From NCBI GenBank assembly GCA_040770465.1, contig JAXGJB010000045.1, positions 1 to 21,322 of the forward strand: a stretch of DNA of 21,322 nucleotides, written 5' to 3'. A program made the position numbers and the translations under genes. The notes beneath the pieces are model-generated. The model was not told where the DNA came from and did no database searches. It worked only from the letters and a program-made list of their open reading frames with translations. The stretch's first letter is position 1. The number at the start of each line of letters is the position of its first letter. Shown here one piece after another: positions 8,817 to 15,671 of the stretch. Source of the stretch: Methanothrix sp. (GTDB lineage Archaea; Halobacteriota; Methanosarcinia; Methanotrichales; Methanotrichaceae).

Positions 8817-9592
8817 CCGTAAAGATCGCGGTGGCGGGCGCCAGGGGACGGATGGGCCAGCTCATCATCGGCGAGGTCCTGAGGTTCGAAGATCTGGAGC
8901 TGGTGGCTGGCTTTGACCTTCTGGGCGTTGGAGACCCGATCGTCGGAAACGTTGTCGTCTCTGACCCGTCGGATATGGCCGAAGTCCTGCGAAGATCAGA
9001 TGCCCAAGTACTGATCGACTTCACTATGCCGTCGGCCACGGTGGCCAACGTAGCGATCGCAACAGATCTCGGCGTCAACCTGGTGGTGGGGACCACCGGC
9101 TTTTCCGAAGACCAGAGACAAAAGATGGCCGCGGCGATCGATGGGAGGGCGGCCGCCGTCATCTCGCCGAACTACAGCCTCGGGGTCAACCTCTTCTGGA
9201 GGCTCATTGAGGTGGCTGCCGCGTCGCTTCCAGGCTACGACATCGAGGTGATCGAGGCCCACCACCGGAACAAGATGGACGCCCCCAGCGGGACGGCGGC
9301 CGAAGCCGTCAGGATCATGGCGAAGGCCACGGGTAGGGACGAAGTCGTCTACGGAAGGGAGGGGCAGGGGCTCCGGGGAGACGAGATCGGAGTCCACGCC
9401 GTCAGAGCCGGCGAGATAGTTGGCGACCACACCGTCCTCTTCGCGGGGCCGGGGGAGAGGCTGGAGATCAAACATCAGGCCCACAGCCGGCAGGCGTTCG
9501 CCACCGGCGCTGTCCGGGCCGCAAGGTGGGTGGCGTCCGCCCCCAATGGCGTATACACCATGGCCGACGTCCTGGGCCAGAGATCAGACTAA
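8813..9592 (+). CDS. dapB: 4-hydroxy-tetrahydrodipicolinate reductase
   Basis: GARGRMG, IDFT, GTTGF, EAHHRNKMDAPSGTA and FATGA; ATGA overlap with dapA. Confidence 0.96.
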   Translation: MTVKIAVAGARGRMGQLIIGEVLRFEDLELVAGFDLLGVGDPIVGNVVVSDPSDMAEVLRRSDAQVLIDFTMPSATVANVAIATDLGVNLVVGTTGFSEDQRQKMAAAIDGRAAAVISPNYSLGVNLFWRLIEVAAASLPGYDIEVIEAHHRNKMDAPSGTAAEAVRIMAKATGRDEVVYGREGQGLRGDEIGVHAVRAGEIVGDHTVLFAGPGERLEIKHQAHSRQAFATGAVRAARWVASAPNGVYTMADVLGQRSD

Positions 9593-9644
9593 GATGAGCG
9601 GAAGGACGGGCGTAAGGCGTCGGTGAACCTCCGTCCTCGGAGAG

Positions 9645-10115
9645 ATGTACAGGCTAGATAAAGAAAACAAGATCCTCTATTTTGAGGGACGCGAGCTCAG
9701 GCCGTCCTCGGTGGAACGTAACTTCGTGGGGTTCTGCTCCGACTGCGACGGCGAGCTCTTCTCCCTCGCCTACTTTCAGGTCGGCGAAGGCTGGATGGTG
9801 GCATCCCGCTGCGACGGCTGCGGGAGGTTGACCCTCGCAAAGTACGATTCGGGATGGTCCTGGGTGGAGGATGTCTATCTGGAAGTCCACCAATCCGCTA
9901 AGGTGGAGATCAAACAGTCCGCGAAGGCGGAGATCGAGACATCGAGCATCTCCGGTCTCTCCAGGGAGCAGCTGGAGGCGGTCTTCACCTCCGCGGAGCT
10001 TAGGGACATGGAGCGGTGCGAGAGGGGTGAGCCCTACACCCGCCAGAACCTCTACCGTGCGCGGGCAAAGTACGAGAAGTTCGAGCGGCTCTTCGGGGTG
10101 AGGATCGATATCTGA
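9645..10115 (+). CDS. Hypothetical protein with Zn-ribbon (two CxxC) and a helical C-terminal domain
   Basis: CSDC and CDGC motifs; host-like codon usage; internal 8-aa duplication QSAKVEIK/QSAKAEIE. Confidence 0.75.
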   Translation: MYRLDKENKILYFEGRELRPSSVERNFVGFCSDCDGELFSLAYFQVGEGWMVASRCDGCGRLTLAKYDSGWSWVEDVYLEVHQSAKVEIKQSAKAEIETSSISGLSREQLEAVFTSAELRDMERCERGEPYTRQNLYRARAKYEKFERLFGVRIDI

Positions 10116-10467
10116 AGAAGAGAGGCCGCCCCAGATCGAGGATCTCATCTGGGCGGCGGAGGTCCTGGGGCTTCCCGATAGGGCCAGCATGAAGACGATC
10201 AAGGTCCGATACCGGGACCTGATGGCGAGGTGGCACCCCGACGGCTGCGAGGATCGGAAAGACCTCTGCAAAGAGATGGCTCAGAAGGTCAACAGGGCCT
10301 ACGAGATCGTCATCTCTTACTGCGAGAGCTACGAGTACCCCTTCGGCGAAGTGGATATGAAAAGGGACGGATGCGAGGGGGCCTACGAGAGATGGTGGCA
10401 GGAGAGGTTCGGCGACGATCCCCTCTGGGGCGGGACGAAGAGCCGGGGGACAAAGAGAGAACGGTAA
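10108..10467 (+). CDS. Small J-domain (DnaJ-like) protein, probable ATA start
   Basis: HPD motif (RYRDLMARWHPD) and helix III (AQKVNRAYEIV). Helix I (AAEVLGLPDRAS) lies upstream of ATG 10189 in the same frame, which is open back to a TGA at 10099. Confidence 0.8.
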   Translation: MSEEERPPQIEDLIWAAEVLGLPDRASMKTIKVRYRDLMARWHPDGCEDRKDLCKEMAQKVNRAYEIVISYCESYEYPFGEVDMKRDGCEGAYERWWQERFGDDPLWGGTKSRGTKRER

Positions 10468-10547
10468 TGGTATTTTATGGAGTGATCCTTATAGAATCCC
10501 ATCCGAGCCCGACCGTCGAACCGATACTGCCAAAAAAGTGTATGTGA

Positions 10548-10585
10548 AGGGCGTCCGTCTCTCCCGCCGGAGCGGAAGACGCCCT
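10548..10585. terminator. GC-rich hairpin between convergent genes
   Basis: AGGGCGTC (10548-10555) / GACGCCCT (10578-10585) inverted repeat with an inner CTCC-CGCC-GGAG stem. Confidence 0.5.
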
Positions 10586-10677
10586 CAGAATATGGCCGCC
10601 AGCGCGTACAGCGGCAGCATGAATGTGATCAGAAACCCCACGATCATCAGCGCAATAGCCAGTCCATTATCTCCCAT
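10585..10677 (-). CDS. 30-aa small membrane protein MGDNGLAIALMIVGFLITFMLPLYALAAIF
   Basis: ATG preceded by a strong GGTGAGGAG RBS; single hydrophobic helix; followed by a hairpin; AT-rich promoter-like sequence at ~10730-10745. Confidence 0.65.
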   Translation of the reverse strand: MGDNGLAIALMIVGFLITFMLPLYALAAIF

Positions 10678-10804
10678 GAATCTCCTCACCTCGGCATCTT
10701 CAGCCAGTTGGCCTTAAGGTACGGCGAGGTTGTATTAATTACTATCGGAAGGTCTCAACCCCGACCGCAAACGGGGGCCAATACATTTAACTATATTCGG
10801 CCTC

Positions 10805-11917
10805 GTGGTGAAAAGCGTGCGATCGATCCAGAAGACCGGAACCAAGGAGCCTGGCGGCAAGCTGGAACGGAGCAGGACCTCGGGGGCGAGGTACGTCCTT
10901 TTGAGGCCCGCAGGTTATCCTCTGAAGAGCGTTTTTCAGGATTATCCCGAGGTGGACGACCCCCGCCTCTTCGAACGTTACGCCCGCGAGCAGTGGTACG
11001 GCGAGATGGTGAGGCCGGGGTGTTACCTCTTCGATCGAAGGCTCTACCCCGATTTCGCCTTCAAGGTGATTAAGGCCCATCCCCGGGTCTCGGTGGTCGG
11101 ATCGGAGACGAAGATAGTGGTGGAGAGGAAGAAGACCGAGGCTGCCAGGATCAAGAGCGAGGTCAGCTTCGACGACGTCGTCGGCCAGCTGGAGGCTAGG
11201 AGGAAGATGAGGATCGTGGAGCGGTTCCTCGAAAAGCCCGAGACCTTCGGCAAGTGGGCTCCAAGAAACATCCTCTTCTATGGCCCCTCGGGAACCGGCA
11301 AGACGATGATGGCAAAAGCCCTCTCCAGCGAGACGAAGGTTCCCATCTTCCCGATAAAGGCGACCAGTCTCATCGGCGAGTTTGTAGGAGAGGGGTCGAG
11401 GCAGATCCATGGCCTCTACCAGAGGGCGGAGCAGATGGCCCCCTGCATAATCTTCATCGACGAGCTGGACGCCATAGCCCTGGACAGGAGGTACCAGGAC
11501 CTCCGGGGCGACGTCTCGGAGGTGGTCAACGCCCTCCTCACGGAGATGGACGGGATCCACTCAAGGAAGGGGGTCTGCACCATCGCCGCCACCAACAAGA
11601 TAGAGTTCCTCGACGAATCGATCAGGTCCAGGTTCGAGGAGGAGATCAGGTTCGCCCTCCCCAACGCCGAGGAGAGGCTGGCGATCCTGGAGAAGAACGC
11701 TGAAACCCTGCCGGCGGAGATGGGCCCTATGAACCTTGCGGCCCTCTCTCGGCAGACGGAGGGGTTCTCCGGAAGGGATCTGGTGGAGAAGGTTCTGAAG
11801 GTGGCCCTCCACGGCGCCATCATCGACGATGTCCCCATCGAGCAGCGCCACCTGGAAGAGGCGGCTGCAAAGGCGAAGAAGGAGACGAACGAGCCGCCAA
11901 GAGAGATGTTCTCCTGA
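10805..11917 (+). CDS. AMA-type AAA ATPase (Archaeoglobus/methanogen AAA with N-terminal beta-clam domain)
   Basis: N-domain GYPL motif (LRPAGYPLKS), Walker A GPSGTGKT, Walker B IIFIDE, and ATN..LD..IRSRFE; GTG start at 10805 or 10808. Confidence 0.88.
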   Translation: MVKSVRSIQKTGTKEPGGKLERSRTSGARYVLLRPAGYPLKSVFQDYPEVDDPRLFERYAREQWYGEMVRPGCYLFDRRLYPDFAFKVIKAHPRVSVVGSETKIVVERKKTEAARIKSEVSFDDVVGQLEARRKMRIVERFLEKPETFGKWAPRNILFYGPSGTGKTMMAKALSSETKVPIFPIKATSLIGEFVGEGSRQIHGLYQRAEQMAPCIIFIDELDAIALDRRYQDLRGDVSEVVNALLTEMDGIHSRKGVCTIAATNKIEFLDESIRSRFEEEIRFALPNAEERLAILEKNAETLPAEMGPMNLAALSRQTEGFSGRDLVEKVLKVALHGAIIDDVPIEQRHLEEAAAKAKKETNEPPREMFS

Positions 11918-11965
11918 GGGCGGTAGGCCAGCATCGGTTTCGCTGCCCTGCGCTGTCTGGCTGGG

Positions 11966-12008
11966 GCCGCTGGTTAACCCCCAGCGGCGCCTGAACTCTT
12001 CGTTTTTG
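11966..12008 (+). terminator. Hairpin plus T-tract after the AAA ATPase
   Basis: GCCGCTGG-TTAACCC-CCAGCGGC (11966-11988) followed by CTCTTCGTTTTTG. Confidence 0.55.
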
Positions 12009-12367
12009 CAAATTAATCTCCACAATTGTATTTGAAGCCAGTGCTTCAGTTAGGTATAATATATTTCGTCCTATATTTTACTGAGTGTCTCAAGATCGAA
12101 TCCCGGCCCTTCCTTCTTCCCGCCCGCGAGCTTTCCCAGGACCAACTCATCGATCTTGTCTTATAGCTTACCATCTTGGGTAAATTACCTCAAAAGATGG
12201 TTATTCGATTGACGACCTTCATAATAGCAGTTCTGCAGATGCGCTTTTACGTCGTAGGTGGTGTGCGCGACGGTTATAAAATTGGCTAGATACATCCCCG
12301 CCGGCGGGGTTCACACGATAAAAATATGCCGATGCCCTCTTGGCTAGAGGGTGGTCGGACACGAGTT

Positions 12368-12943
12368 TTAATCTTCGCTCCACAACTTCGCCAGGTCGTA
12401 GGTTCCCAAATCTTCCTTCCAGATGACATCGAAATTTTCCAAAAATTCGATCATACTTCTTTCGTACGAATTTGGTTTATAGACTATGCAATATATGTCA
12501 TCCGCGCTGAAATTTACGAAATATGGAGTCATCTGCGTGCCGCTTAGTGTAGTGAAATTGCCAGTATACAACGTTGTGTTTATTGGCCTAAGTTTCCCTA
12601 CCGTTACTTCTTTCACTGGAGTGGGTGTGAATAAAAAAACGCTGCCAGACGGCATCTCTGAAATTTCAATAGAGGTTGGATATTTACTTACGAGCCCTGC
12701 TTCATCATCTACAAGTACAGATCCGATCTTTAAGTTGTAGTAGTTATCTTTGATCAGATCTCTTGATGTAATTGGTTCAAATCCAACCAAACTCCATAAA
12801 TCCGCGCCTCCTATCTCTCCTATCTCCATATCTTCATCCATGATTATAGCAAAGGGGCCCGCCTCGAAGAGCACTGTGCCTGCATTTACACTGGTCGTGA
12901 AAGCGCATATGGCACACAACACCCACCACATTTTGTATGTCAT
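12368..12943 (-). CDS. Hypothetical secreted protein
   Basis: Signal peptide-like MWWVLCAICAFTTSVNA; 191-aa ORF; CCCTCT-N5-AGAGGG hairpin downstream (12335-12351). Confidence 0.7.
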   Translation of the reverse strand: MTYKMWWVLCAICAFTTSVNAGTVLFEAGPFAIIMDEDMEIGEIGGADLWSLVGFEPITSRDLIKDNYYNLKIGSVLVDDEAGLVSKYPTSIEISEMPSGSVFLFTPTPVKEVTVGKLRPINTTLYTGNFTTLSGTQMTPYFVNFSADDIYCIVYKPNSYERSMIEFLENFDVIWKEDLGTYDLAKLWSED

Positions 12944-13079
12944 ACGCCTAGCTTTGAAACTAATATTATTTAATCATTATGATATGATGAATTAAAGAGG
13001 ACAATGTCACATAGGAACGCCAGAATCATCTACATTACTTAGCCCTATCGTCCTATATACAGCGCTAGGATCGAGCTAA

Positions 13080-13466
13080 TTAACGATAATATGGCATCTC
13101 GGTTAGTGTTATATTATCAATTCCAGGATAGTCCTCTCCTAGGATAGTAACGGTCTTGTTGTTGGTAACTGTGACGATTATGTTATACGTCGTCACAAGC
13201 TCGTTATGAGATTCTGAAGCCGTCCTCACAAACGAGTTACAAAATGATCCGATTGAAGTGCCATAATACTCAGAAGCCGTATCACTAAGTACGTCCATCG
13301 TTATTACCGCACCACTTAGCAAACCGTTAGCGAACACCGGAAACCAGGCGGTGTTCATGCCGTCTGCATACCCTGCTTTGTAGTCGTCCGAATACTCTTC
13401 AGCTATAGATGCCTGCATAGCCAGCGCTACCAGCGCCAGCACGCACAAAATCGCCTTTAGTTTCAT
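13080..13466 (-). CDS. Hypothetical secreted protein
   Basis: GGTGAGGAG RBS; classical signal peptide MKLKAILCVLALVALAMQASIA; YSDDYKAGYADG motif. Confidence 0.78.
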   Translation of the reverse strand: MKLKAILCVLALVALAMQASIAEEYSDDYKAGYADGMNTAWFPVFANGLLSGAVITMDVLSDTASEYYGTSIGSFCNSFVRTASESHNELVTTYNIIVTVTNNKTVTILGEDYPGIDNITLTEMPYYR

Positions 13467-13582
13467 CTCCTCACCCTACTTTAGATTAAGAGCGCCACCT
13501 ACTATGAAAAATGTTTCGATCACACCTCTTAGTATGCCCTCCTTCGCACTGATGGTGTATCGCCGCGCCCGCCATCCTTCGT

Positions 13583-13978
13583 CTATGGGCGCCCACTCCG
13601 TTTTTGGCATTCTTCAACCCACTCATCAACGGAACGGGCATTTACATATTTTATCAAATAGTCTGCTAGGTCTTCGATGGTCTCAATATTTTCATCAATT
13701 CTCTTCCCAGGGGATACATATCCTTCCCATCCCCCGTCCTTGTTAATGCGCGTGTGATCATAAGAACGCTCCCATCCACCGCCTGTTACAGGTCGTATGC
13801 GTTCGCAGCACCCGCCCGCATTTACGTCACTTTCTATATATCTCTCTCCAAGTTTAGGATCTTTCATTATGCGGAGGTGAAATCCATTAACATATTTTTC
13901 TAAATTTCCGTAGCCTTTCGGATCGTAACCTCCTTCCCATCCCGGCATCTCTCGCCATCTTTCATCTTCTCTTTTCAT
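13583..13978 (-). CDS. Hypothetical protein, probably co-transcribed with the upstream wHTH gene
   Basis: AAAAGGTGAG RBS; 15 nt from the stop of 13994..14362; three GWE motifs. Confidence 0.7.
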   Translation of the reverse strand: MKREDERWREMPGWEGGYDPKGYGNLEKYVNGFHLRIMKDPKLGERYIESDVNAGGCCERIRPVTGGGWERSYDHTRINKDGGWEGYVSPGKRIDENIETIEDLADYLIKYVNARSVDEWVEECQKRSGRP

Positions 13979-13993
13979 TTTTGTCTCACCTTT

Positions 13994-14362
13994 TTAGGAG
14001 CAGATCAACGTCCTTTCGGGCGCCTCCTCTATTTGAGGGGCGTCACATGACGAGGGCGCGTAATAGTCGGCGACCGCCCTCTCCAGCTCCAGGAACCTTT
14101 GGGCAATGGGGTTCTTGAGATTCAGTTTGTACATCTTCGCCCGGCCGACTTCGCGGGTCTGCACCACCAGGTCCGTCTCCTCTAACGTCTTCCACATTAA
14201 GTGTAGGGTGGTCCGGCTGATCCCCGCCCCCGCCGCGATGTCGGTCTTTGAGTAGTCAAATCCCAGGTTGTCGACGAAGAAGTCCAGTATTTTGAATATG
14301 GGGTCTTTTACTTTGAATATCTCGATAAACAACGTCGATTCGCATTCTTTTTTGGGGCACAT
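13994..14362 (-). CDS. Winged helix-turn-helix transcriptional regulator (ArsR/MarR-like fold)
   Basis: YSKTDIAAGAGISRTTLHLMWKTLEETDLVVQTREVGRAKMYKLN is an HTH plus wing; GAGGTGATG RBS. Confidence 0.85.
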   Translation of the reverse strand: MCPKKECESTLFIEIFKVKDPIFKILDFFVDNLGFDYSKTDIAAGAGISRTTLHLMWKTLEETDLVVQTREVGRAKMYKLNLKNPIAQRFLELERAVADYYAPSSCDAPQIEEAPERTLICS

Positions 14363-14466
14363 CTCTCATCACCTCTTGCGTGTTCAATTCGTTATGCATC
14401 TTTATTGGTTATAAGCGTTTACATTATTGTTTAATATGAGTACCGAACAATAGATTTAAATATCGG

Positions 14467-14754
14467 ATGCTTTATCCTCATATTATGAAAGACTCCGACT
14501 ATCAAAAGATAAGATTTCATATTCTTAATAAACTACATCTACGTGGTAAATGGGGAGCATCGCATACCAGCATAGACCTGATATCGAAAGGATTACCCAG
14601 CCACCAGATAGGTGATGCTAAAGACATAGCGAAATGTTTGATTAATGAGGGCCTTTTGTTGGGGAAACCGTCTACTAAAGAGTTACATGTTTCTTTGAAT
14701 CCCAGGAAGAAGGCCGAGATTGAACGCATCTTAAGCGAGGCGCCAGAAGACTGA
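14467..14754 (+). CDS. Small basic protein, probable winged-helix fold (start 14467 or 14485)
   Basis: ILNKL..RGKWGASHTS.D.I.KGLPSH..G.AK.IAK.LINEGLL..KP.....VSLNP fits helix-helix-helix-wing; divergent from the wHTH gene. Confidence 0.72.
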   Translation: MLYPHIMKDSDYQKIRFHILNKLHLRGKWGASHTSIDLISKGLPSHQIGDAKDIAKCLINEGLLLGKPSTKELHVSLNPRKKAEIERILSEAPED

Positions 14755-14878
14755 TTACTTCTCCAGCTCGCCGCACTCCAGTAAGTTTGGCCTCGCACGC
14801 CCGCTCAGCTCATCAGGACTCCGAAGAGGAAAGGGCTTTTGTACAATTTAGTGCAATACAGCTGAAAATGGCGATGTT

Positions 14879-15382
14879 ATGTGGCGGGAGATTCTGACCA
14901 AGTTCAAGCGCTATCCGGCGCAGGAGAAGGTTGTAAGGCTGATCCTGGAGAGGGGGTTTCAGGTGAGCGAGCGCGGAAGGGTCGTCTCGGGGGGGATCGA
15001 GATACCCCACGCCCAGATCGCAAAAGAGCTGGACGTCGATCGGAGGGTGGTGGACACCACCGCAGCGTCGATCGTCGAGGACGGCGATCTCTGGAAGATA
15101 TTCAAGAATGTCCGGTCGATGACCTTCCTCGCGGACGTGGCTCCTGTCGTGGGCCTCGGGGTGATCGAGATCACCCCCGTCGACGCCTCCCAGACCGGCC
15201 TCCTCGGCGATGTGGCCAGCGCCGTCGCCAGATACGGCCTCTCCATAAGGCAGGCGGTCTCCGACGACCCCTACTTCGTTGAGCAGCCGAAGCTCACCAT
15301 CATCACCGATGCGAAGATCCCCGGTGAGCTGGTCCGGCTCCTCATGGACGTAAACGGCGTGAAGAGGGTTACGGTATACTAG
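14879..15382 (+). CDS. ACT-domain regulator of amino-acid metabolism (COG2150-like)
   Basis: F.RYPAQ.KV, IAKELDVDRRVV (HTH-like), GLGVIEI, SIRQAVSDDP and a C-terminal ACT domain. Confidence 0.85.
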   Translation: MWREILTKFKRYPAQEKVVRLILERGFQVSERGRVVSGGIEIPHAQIAKELDVDRRVVDTTAASIVEDGDLWKIFKNVRSMTFLADVAPVVGLGVIEITPVDASQTGLLGDVASAVARYGLSIRQAVSDDPYFVEQPKLTIITDAKIPGELVRLLMDVNGVKRVTVY

Positions 15383-15407
15383 AACTGGCGGTTTTGGGTG
15401 ATGACGA

Positions 15408-15641
15408 ATGAAGATAGGAGTCTAGCGGCGTAGCTTGTGAGATATGTCCTCGAAGGGCCAAAGGCGTTTGTCCCAGTGGAGAGTCGGGCTAGCGTTCCCA
15501 GGGAGAACCAGTTCTGCAAAATAGCGACCTGCGCCTTCAACAAAAACGTGAGGCATTGTTTTGAGTGCCCGGAGTTCCCCTGCGATACGACGATAGATGG
15601 GGCCCATAAGCTTCGGCTTCTGCAAGTACATCTCAGGTTAA
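15408..15641 (+). pseudogene. Cys-rich DUF3795-like Fe-S/Zn protein gene interrupted by three +1 insertions
   Basis: GGGTGATG RBS and ATG 15408. Removing A15424, A15491 and one base at 15595-15602 gives a 76-aa protein: MKIGVCGVACEICPRRAKGVCPSGESGCVPRENQFCKIATCAFNKNVRHCFECPEFPCDTT[ID/MM]GPISFGFCKYISG. Confidence 0.75.
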
Positions 15642-15671
15642 ACCCCGACGACGGTCGCGGTTCGTCCCATC

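Larger units (their letters stand above)
12000..14790. other. AT-richer accessory islet, probably horizontally acquired
   Basis: Visible drop in GC and in G/C-ending codons relative to the flanks; hypothetical ORFs only; no integrase or transposase seen. Borders approximate. Confidence 0.65.

Noticed and set aside
11917-11993. Functional tRNA gene
   Set aside because: No TTC in the T-like loop, and the acceptor and anticodon stems do not pair.
12286-12317. CRISPR array suggested by a type I-E-like palindrome
   Set aside because: Only one copy; no spacers and no cas genes.
15423-15492. Pyrrolysine read-through of the in-frame TAGs
   Set aside because: Simple TAG read-through does not restore the frame, because each site also needs a +1 shift. 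The positions correspond to Cys, and no pyl genes are in the window.
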